A stretch of DNA of 64,000 nt from Phaeosaccion multiseriatum (taxonomy: Eukaryota > Protista > Ochrophyta, other classes), in NCBI GenBank assembly GCA_965112735.1, contig OZ218952.1, positions 2,046,001 through 2,110,000 of the forward strand. The letters are read 5' to 3'. The notes below the pieces were generated by a model. That model was not told the origin of the DNA, did not search any database, and saw nothing but the letters and a program-made list of their open reading frames with translations. The translations under genes and the position numbers were made by a program. Below, piece by piece: positions 39,701 to 64,000 of the stretch. How positions within the stretch are numbered: the stretch's first letter is position 1; the number at the start of each line of letters is the position of its first letter.

Positions 39701-41317
39701 CCTGTCCTCCTCCTCCTCTCTCCCCCTCCCTTCCTCCCCCTCACTGCCTATGTTCCAGCGCTGGTGGAGAGAGATGCTAAGGAAGATGCGACAGCGTCGC
39801 TGGAAGCAGACGTGGGAACGAGAGAAGAAGCGCAGAATCAGAGACGCCAAGGTCATAGACAGCAGGTACGATGGTAATAGACAGGTTGAGACAGTGAGTC
39901 AGTGAGACAGTGAGTCAGTGAGACAATGAGACAGTGAAAGAGTGAGTCAGTGAGACAGTGAGAGAGTGAGAGAGTGAGACAGTGAGACAGTGAGACAGTG
40001 AGACAGTGAGACAGTGAGTCAGTGAGACAGTGAGTCAGTGAGTCAGTGAGCCAGTGAGACAGTGAGACAGTGAGACAGTGAGACAGTGAGACAGTGAGAG
40101 AGTGAGACAGTGAGTCAGTGAGTCAGTGAGACAGTGAGAGAGTCGGGTGGAAGGAGGGCGAGGGAGTGATGGAGAGGGCTTGAGGCTGCAAGACAGCATT
40201 CTTTCCCCCCCCTCGTCGGCGGTATTATGGCAATCTTCCCCTCTCCTGTCCTATCCCCTGTGAATCTGCACATTGTAATATTCCTCCTGTACCACCAACA
40301 GGCTATGGTGGACTGAGCGAGGAGGAGGCCCGAAGGCCCACTGGGGGCTACGAGGGCACATCAAGACGTGGGGGCCGAGAAAGGTCAGTCCAGTTTCAGT
40401 TCGCCTCTTCTCTCAGTTTGCAGTTTGACTTTGATGAGGCTGTCCCCCCCTCCTCCCTCCCTCTTCTCCTCCGCTTTACCCAACTGTGGCTGGAAGGAGA
40501 GCGAACGAGACCAAAGCTTTAGTAAGCTCTTTTTCTTCTTCTTTCCCTCGATCGGGCTTTGGTCTTTCGTGCACACGCCTTTGCGTGTGGGTGGGTGGGT
40601 GGGTGCGTGCGTGTGTATGTGTGGGTCTGTGTGTGTGAGAGAGTGTGTGTGCATTCTTCCTCTGTTTCCCTTTTCTCTGTAAGCTCATCTTTCAATTTCA
40701 ACGCAGTGGCTCCTCCTCACCTCACCTCACCTCACCTCACCTCACCTCCACCTCACCTTACTTCACCTCACCTCACTGTCCTCACCTCACTGTCCTCACC
40801 TCCCCTCACTCTCACCCCTCAGCTTATCCATGGGGCGCGAGGCTGGGGCTACTGGCGGGGCAGAGAGTGGGTCCCTGCCCCCCAACAAGACATAGATGGA
40901 GAGCGCACAGAGCACGCACCCACGTGCAGGCACGAGTCGCGTCTCATGTACACTGATGTCCAGGTACGAAGGCACATATCCATTGACTTATTCGAGCCTT
41001 TATGGACTTATTCGAGCCTACTCCCTAGGTACACACGTAATTGTGTATGTGTGTATGTGTGTGTGTCCATGTACGAAGGGAAGAAGGGTACCGCTCCTCT
41101 TGTCCTTACTAACTCGTCCCTTCACTTGTACGTACTCCTCTCGTTGTGGCCTGTCCCCCCAACTACCTCTTATCTGGAACGCTCAACAAATGGCGACCAA
41201 CAGAGGCAAGAGGAAGATGTGATTGTGGACCCCGTCAACTTCGCCAGGGCATGGCACACTCGTCAGAGCCTGGAGAGGCGGGTTGGGGGGGAAGGGGAGA
41301 AGAAGGGCGCTGACTAG
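34871..41317 (+). CDS. Multidomain scaffold: B-box-like Zn finger, three IQ/WW-like units, SAM domain, further IQ; about 13 exons, 3' end uncertain
   Basis: Exons 34871-34972, 35336-35491, 36164-36279, 36876-37002, 37165-37432, 37865-37925, 38390-38535, 38908-38988, 39285-39407, 39759-39865, 40302-40383, 40823-40963 and about 41204-41317. CEFC...HCPSDRCGFVCDTCDGYRH...H (B-box-like); AAVRIQGMWKARQGR (IQ); HYFCFLRTGEVTWHKP (WW-like); WSVADVLLFIRRCGLKKHVFAFKLMKVDGPLLLTFDPEDFEALGV (SAM). Confidence 0.82.
35697..36068. repeat. (CACT)n microsatellite, about 92 units, near an acceptor
   Basis: Directly visible, nearly perfect. Confidence 0.97.
36362..36783. repeat. (GAT)n microsatellite, intronic
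   Basis: Directly visible. Confidence 0.97.
38690..38892. repeat. (TTCC)n microsatellite near an acceptor; similar arrays at about 30262-30319 and 31518-31720
   Basis: Directly visible. Confidence 0.95.
39887..40141. repeat. Octamer array (GAGACAGT/GAGTCAGT)n after a donor
   Basis: Directly visible. Confidence 0.93.
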
Positions 41318-41802
41318 GACTATCACAAGCTTCAGGCCAAGCAAAACGCTGCCGCCCTTGGGGGGGGGGTGATTGGCTGAATGAGGGAGGTAGGAAGTGA
41401 GTGAGTGGGGAACAAAGAAAGGAACCGGAAACGCGGGACAACACATCGATGCAGGCAACCACCATCAGCAGCGCACGCAAGGGCGGGGAGAAGGAGGAGG
41501 AGGAGGAGGAGGAGGAGAGGGAGGAGGAACGATGAGGTGCTGTCATCCATCTCGATGCTCCCCTCAGCAAAGACGACGCCTTGACGTTGCGGTGCTCTCT
41601 CGATTGATTGCCCCCCCCCCCCCCTCCCTCCCTCTGGGGCTACCCCGTGTACCCACTCTGGACTGGATCCGAACGGAGCAGCACGAGCTCGAAGCAACGG
41701 AGTGACGGAGGGATTATGACCACCACCCCCTCTCTCCTCTCACCCCCTCTCCTTGACCTCCGGTGCGCCGCGGTGGGTGTGCTCGCGGAGTGCCCTGCCG
41801 CC

Positions 41803-41940
41803 CATGGCACCAGATGGCACGAGATGGCAACAGAGGGCACCGATGGCACCAAGTTTTCACGAGATGGCACCAGAGGGCACTGATGGCACCAAATGGCAAC
41901 AGAGGGCACCGACGGCACCAGATGGCACCAAATGGCTCCA
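41803..41940. repeat. Intergenic minisatellite of ATGGCACC / AGAGGGCAC units
   Basis: Imperfect tandem copies such as GATGGCAACAGAGGGCACCGATGGCACC. Confidence 0.8.
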
Positions 41941-42274
41941 AACGGCTCAGCACCCTGGCTGCCCCCCCCCTCATTATGCAATGCTTTTGTGCTTGGTGCG
42001 TTTTGCTGTGTACCGCGGCGGGCGATGGCAGCAGACGGCGGGCAGAGCGACAGGAGTGCAGATATCCGGACATTCTCCCCCTCAGCGGCACGAGGGCTGG
42101 GCAGTTGGTGATACACAGCAGAGCAGAGCAGAGTAGCGCAGCTACACAAGCACAAGCAAGCCGTGGACAAGTACAAGAAAGCGAAGTGGAGCTCAGTTGC
42201 AGAGGCGGAGAGGGGGAGGCAGCCCTCTCTCTCTCTCTCCCCCCCTCTCTCGCTCCCTCTCCCCCTCCCCTTTT

Positions 42275-42319
<45 letters not shown>

Positions 42320-43282
42320 GAGACGGCGCACACCAGATCCTTGTCTCGCCTTGGGGCTCTGTGAGCATGATGATGAGCAGGCACCATGCACCATGCACCA
42401 TGCACCATGCCTTCTTTCACGAAGGATCCGTTGCGCAGGAGGGAGGCTTCGCTCTATAGGATTCATTGATACCGCCCCTAATTTCCGAACGAGAATTAAG
42501 GCCCGGTTTTTTTTTTTTTTTATAATATTTCAAGAATATTTATAATAATACTTCAAGAATATACTATGAAAATTAAGGCAGGTGTTCAATCCAGTTACAG
42601 CCGGCCGAGCACAGCTGCACCCGTCTCAGTTGGACAGACGTCCCTTGCTAAGTGACTAAAACGGCGATGAGCGGTTGGTTATTCACCTTTTCCGAGGCCA
42701 TCTCGAGCATGGTCTCGGAGTGGACGTCCCTCTCCTACGGCGGTACCCCCCTCTGCTTGCCAAAGGTGGGATCGGTAGCGTGCTTCAGGTCCAGGGCAGT
42801 CTGCGATGCAAAGTGCTCCTTCTGCGGCGAGGAGGCGCTGCTGCTCATCTGCTGCATTCATTCTTCTTCGGGCTTGTCATAGCCTGCTGTAGGCAGGCCA
42901 GGGCATCGTCCACTGAGGCTCCGGCTGCGAGCAGCTGTTGGTATGAAACAGCTGCTGTGCCTGGAGACGAGACCACGACAGGGAATCGAAGGGAAAAGAG
43001 TATTCGATAAAAGAGTGGCAGTCTACGGCGTGAGAGGAAGGCAATCTAAGGCGTAACGCCAAAAACTCGGGAAAACACCTCCCCTAGTAAAAACACAGGA
43101 GCAAAAACAAGGAGCACCAGGAAGGGATGTGCTAGTGCAGATTCATCTACCAAAAGCGGGACCCGCTATGTTACCGTGAGAAGGGTTGACCAGGGGAGGG
43201 TGAAAGCCTTGAGGGGCGGCGGGGGGTGGCTCTGGCAAAGTGCGTGCCCGACTGTTGATAAGCGCTCGCGTCGCTTGGCACG

Positions 43283-59926
<16,644 letters not shown>

Positions 59927-60629
59927 TAGGGGAGTGAGAGTGTGACTGAGCGACAGTGGTGAGTGAGGAGTGCCACGTCATCACCTCGAGCCAATGGCAG
60001 CGAATGGTATAGCATAAGCATGGCAAAAGTGAGCATATATTATATACATACTAAGTACCTTTTACATATCACCGATATACTCTTATGTCTTCTCCTCTAG
60101 CTCTTCTCTCTCTCCCTCTTCTCTCGCTCGTCTCTCTGTCTCTCTCCCTCTCCTCTCGCTCTTCTCACTCTCTCTCGCTCACTCTCCTCTCGCTCTTCTC
60201 TCTGTCTCCTCTGGAGTGGAGGTTGGCGTGCCCGATGACCATGGCTGTGATTGCTTCATACCCTCGTTCACGTTCTCTGGACCACCAACATGCCAAGGTT
60301 GGCGACATTGAATAGGGAAGCACAGATAGGCCATTTCTTGGGCTGAAACCCTTGGGCGCACAGCACCCTCAGCAAGTCAAGCGCCTTCTCGGGCTCTCCT
60401 GCCGTACCACAAGCAGCAACTGCAGACTGGCTTCAGTTGGTTCAGTGAGAGGAGCCAGGTGTCAGGACACACATGGAAGGGCTCACAGCCAGGTGTCAGG
60501 AATCCACAGGGCACCAAGTAGAGACCCGGAGAGAGATATATATGTATATGTATATTTATATGTATATATATGTATATAAGAGAGAGATATCTGTATGTAC
60601 ATCCCCGCACGCGCGGTGTACACGCGCGC

Positions 60630-60679
60630 ACACACGCACACACCCTTCACACACACACACATACACACACACACACACA

Positions 60680-60754
<75 letters not shown>
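60630..60754. repeat. Intergenic (CA)n microsatellite
   Basis: Directly visible. Confidence 0.95.
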
Positions 60755-60756
<2 letters not shown>

Positions 60757-61089
60757 ACATTCTGGTCTTTCCCGCTGGGCACGTCCGGGGGGTTCGATCT
60801 TCCGGCGGGGTGGGGTGGCAGCTGTTGTCGATTGTCAAGCTACTTGTTTGCAGTGCCAACAGCACACAACACAACACGGCAACACGTCCTGGGAGTCGCC
60901 CCCGAAGCGAGTAGGTTACAGACTTCAACAGAGACGACCGGAAACGAGACGAAGAGACTGAGTGCGCCCAGGGCGTAGTCAAGGTAGTATTAGTAACAAG
61001 TATCAAGAAAAAAAGGAGCCTCGCTCTCAGGCAGTTGCATCAGAAAAACACTGCGATTTCCTTTCATTCACTCTCAACACCAGTGTAAT

Positions 61090-64000
61090 CTATTCTACTT
61101 CAAACACCACTACGCCCTCGTTGCTGTCCTGCCCCGTGGCGTGGAGTCCGAGCTCTTCGTTGAGGTACGCTAGCACCGCAGGCTTGAGCACGCTGATGCC
61201 GTCCACGCTCCGGCGACCTTGGCCGGTGATGACAGTGACACCGCCCTTCGCCTTCTCCACGTGGAGAGCGTAGCGAAGGGCGGCCTTAGCGGTGCACTCC
61301 GAGTGGCCGTGCAGATCCATAACCTTCCCTTCGCTACCCCTACTCCAATGCGACATCACACCCTGTGCGACAGCCTCTGCGTACAAGCCGTCAGTCGAGC
61401 TCCATTGCTTGTGCATGGATAGGACGTCCATGGCAGCACCATACGACACTTTGTCGGGCACAATGCCTCCCCTGCGCATCTCGTCGAACAAGTCAAGCGC
61501 CTTCTCGTGCTCTCCTGCCTTGCCACAAGCCGTAATCGCAGAGCTGTACGAGATGACAGTGGGTTGAAGCCCTTCGATGCGCATCTCCTCCAGCAAGGCA
61601 AGCGCCTTCTCGTGCTCTCCTGCCTTGCCACAAGCATCAATCGCAGAAGAGTACGAGATTTCATTGGGTTTGAGCCCTTCGCTGTGCATCTTCTTCAACA
61701 AGTCAAGCGCCTTCTCGTGCTCTCCTGCCTTGCCACAAGCATCAATCGCAGAGTTGTACGAGACTTCATTGGGTTCAAGCCCTTCTCCTCGCATCTCCAT
61801 CAGCAAGTCAAGCGCCTTCTCGTGTTGCCCTGTCTTGGCACAAGCCGAAATCGCAGAGTTGTACGAGACTGCGTTGGGTTGAAGCCCTTCCCTCCGCATC
61901 TCCTTCAGCAAGTCCAGCGCTCCCTCGTGCTCTCCTGCCTTGGCGCAAGCATCAATCGCAGAGTTGTAAGATCTTTCATTGGGTTGAAGCCCTTCCCCCG
62001 GCATCTCCTTCAGCAAATCCAGCGCCTTCTCGTACTGCCCTGCCTTGCCACACGCACTAATCGCAGAGTTGTACGTGATTTCATTGGGTTGAAGCCCTTC
62101 CCTGCGCATCTCCTCCAGCAAGTCAAGCGCCTTCTCGTGCTCTCCTGCATTCCCACAAGCAGAAACCGCAGAGCTGTACGTGATTTCATTAGGTTGCAGC
62201 CCTTCCCTGCGCATCTTCTCCAGCAAGTCCAGCGCCTTCTCATGCTGTCCTGCACTGCCACACGCCTCAATTGCAGAGCTGTATGAGATGACATCGATTT
62301 GAAGGCCCTCCCTGCGCATCTCCTCGAGCAGGGCAAACGCCGTCTCAGGCTCTCCTGCATTGCCACAAGCACTAATCGCAGAGCTGTACGAGATCTCATC
62401 GGGTTGAAGCCCTTCCCTCTGCATCTCCTTCAGCAAGTCCAGCGCCTTCTCGTGCTCTCCTGCCTTGCCACAAGCAGAAATCGCAGAGTTGTACGTGATT
62501 TTATCGGGCTGAAGGCCTTCCCTCCGCATCTCCTTCAGCAAGCCAAGCGCCTTCTGATCCTGCCCTGACTTGGCACACGCATCAACTGCAGAGTTGTACG
62601 ATAATACATCGGGTTCAAGGCCTTCCCTGCGCATCTCCTTCAACAAGTCAAGTGCCTTCTCGTGCTCTCCTGCCTTGCCACAAGCATCAATCGCAGAGTT
62701 GTACGAGATTTCATTGGGTCCAAGCCCTTCCCCCTGCATCTCCTTGAGCAAGTCCAGCGCCTTCTCATGCTCTCCTGCCTTGCCACACGCACAAATCGCA
62801 GAGTTGTACGAGACTTCATTGGGTTGAAGCCCTTCCCTGCGCATCTCGTCCAGCAAGTCAAGCGCCTTCTCGTGCTCTCCTGCATTGGCACAACCATCAA
62901 TTGCAGAGCTGTATGAGAATACATCAGGCGCAGTGCCTTCAGCGCGCATCTCCTTCAGCAAGTCAAGCGCCTTCTCATGCTCTCCTGCCTTGCCACATGC
63001 AGAAATTGCAGAGTTGTATGAGATCTCCTTGGGTCGAAGCCCTTCGATGCGCATGTCCTTCAACAAGTTAAGAGCCTTCTCGTGTTCTCCTGCCTTACCA
63101 CAAGCATCAATCGCAGAGTTGTAAGAGATTTCATCGGGTTCAAGCCCTTCCCTGCGCATCGATTTCAACAAATCAAGCGCCTTCTCGTGCTCTCCTGCCT
63201 TGCCACAAGCCGTAATCGCAGAGTTGTAAGAGATTTGATTGGGTTCAAGCCCTTCCCCAGGCATCTCCTTCAGCAAGTCAAGCGCCTTCTCATGCTGCCC
63301 TGCCTTGCCACAGGCCGAAATCGCAGAGTTGTACGAGACTTCATCGGGTCGAAGCCCTTCCCTCCGCATCTCCTTCAGCAAGTCAAGCGCCTTCTCGTGT
63401 TCTCCAGCCCTGCCACAGGCACCAATCGCAGAGTTGTACGAGATTTCATTGGGTCGAAGCCCTTCACTCCTCATCTCTTTCAGCAAGTCAAGCGCCTTCT
63501 CGTGCTCTCCCGCCTTGGCACAGGCATCAATTCCAGAGTTGTAAGAGATATCATTGGGCTGAATCCCTTCCTCACGCATTTCCTTGAGCAAGGCAAGCGC
63601 CTTCTCGGGCTCTCCTGTATTACCACAAGCCGTAATCGCGGAGCTGTATGTGATGATATCGGGTTGGGGGCCGCTTGCCTTCATCTCATCGAATAGGGCA
63701 AGCGCCTTCTCGGACTGCCCAGCCTTCCCACAAGCAAAAATCGCAGAATTGTATGTGATGACATTGGGATCAAGGCAGCTTGCCTTCATCTCCTCCAGCA
63801 GGGCAAGTGCGCCCTTCCATCGCCCAGCTTTGCCCACGGCAGAAATGGCGGCGCTGTACGAAAACACGTTCATTGGAACCCCCGCTGCTTTTGCCTGCTC
63901 AATCATTCTTGCCACGCCCCTCCAGTCGCGCAGATTGCCAAGTCTCTGGATCTCCTTGGTCAAGGCTATTTGCTTTTGTACCGTTGTACTTCTACCGCCT
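61090..64000 (-). CDS. PPR-SMR protein: 23 canonical P-type PPR repeats plus a C-terminal SMR (small MutS-related) domain; 5'-partial, intronless in window
   Basis: Frame is open from the window end to TAG at 61090. 35-aa repeats EISYNSAIxACGKAGEHEKALDLLKEMRREGLxPN at 63867-61453; SMR motifs MDLHGHS and VITGQGRRS...VLKPAV...NEG at 61320-61093. Confidence 0.95.
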   Translation of the reverse strand, partial: GGRSTTVQKQIALTKEIQRLGNLRDWRGVARMIEQAKAAGVPMNVFSYSAAISAVGKAGRWKGALALLEEMKASCLDPNVITYNSAIFACGKAGQSEKALALFDEMKASGPQPDIITYSSAITACGNTGEPEKALALLKEMREEGIQPNDISYNSGIDACAKAGEHEKALDLLKEMRSEGLRPNEISYNSAIGACGRAGEHEKALDLLKEMRREGLRPDEVSYNSAISACGKAGQHEKALDLLKEMPGEGLEPNQISYNSAITACGKAGEHEKALDLLKSMRREGLEPDEISYNSAIDACGKAGEHEKALNLLKDMRIEGLRPKEISYNSAISACGKAGEHEKALDLLKEMRAEGTAPDVFSYSSAIDGCANAGEHEKALDLLDEMRREGLQPNEVSYNSAICACGKAGEHEKALDLLKEMQGEGLGPNEISYNSAIDACGKAGEHEKALDLLKEMRREGLEPDVLSYNSAVDACAKSGQDQKALGLLKEMRREGLQPDKITYNSAISACGKAGEHEKALDLLKEMQREGLQPDEISYSSAISACGNAGEPETAFALLEEMRREGLQIDVISYSSAIEACGSAGQHEKALDLLEKMRREGLQPNEITYSSAVSACGNAGEHEKALDLLEEMRREGLQPNEITYNSAISACGKAGQYEKALDLLKEMPGEGLQPNERSYNSAIDACAKAGEHEGALDLLKEMRREGLQPNAVSYNSAISACAKTGQHEKALDLLMEMRGEGLEPNEVSYNSAIDACGKAGEHEKALDLLKKMHSEGLKPNEISYSSAIDACGKAGEHEKALALLEEMRIEGLQPTVISYSSAITACGKAGEHEKALDLFDEMRRGGIVPDKVSYGAAMDVLSMHKQWSSTDGLYAEAVAQGVMSHWSRGSEGKVMDLHGHSECTAKAALRYALHVEKAKGGVTVITGQGRRSVDGISVLKPAVLAYLNEELGLHATGQDSNEGVVVFEVE
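61453..63867 (-). repeat. 105-bp coding tandem array, 23 units, no indels
   Basis: Near-identical DNA units, e.g. CAAGTCAAGCGCCTTCTCGTGCTCTCCTGCCTTGCCACAAGC recurring every 105 bp. Confidence 0.95.

Noticed and set aside
61219-63696. Repetitive plus-strand ORFs opposite the PPR gene
   Set aside because: Antisense shadows of the 105-bp coding array

Overview
Eukaryotic nuclear DNA, intron-rich and full of microsatellites, most likely from a photosynthetic stramenopile (inferred from a signal peptide with Phe at +1, typical of complex-plastid targeting, and from the gene families). Most short ORFs in the track are simple-repeat artefacts. Manual splicing at GT/GC-AG sites gives seven protein-coding genes: (1) the 3' part of a giant myosin (end of motor, IQ, about 1,800-aa helical-repeat tail; +, <1-16542); (2) a Rim2/SLC25A33/36-type carrier with a signal-peptide-like extension (-, 17185-20441); (3) a 15-exon, probably plastid-targeted fusion of a FIST sensor module to a catalytically degenerate indole-3-glycerol-phosphate synthase (IGPS) barrel (-, 21532-29286); (4) a TBC1D20/Gyp8-like RabGAP (+, 29478-33303); (5) a B-box/IQ/WW/SAM protein (+, 34871 to about 41317); (6) a very large ARM-repeat protein with many homopolymers (+, 43283-59926); (7) a PPR-SMR protein, intronless in the window, with 23 near-identical 105-bp repeats (-, 61090 to >64000). 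A 317-bp TA-flanked MITE lies at 20572-20888. Best novelty candidates: the FIST/pseudo-IGPS fusion; a window-wide intron architecture with reverse-complementary repeats and fixed words at donor and acceptor ends; and the homogenised PPR-SMR array, a potentially programmable RNA nuclease. Exon boundaries were read by eye and are not confirmed by transcripts.
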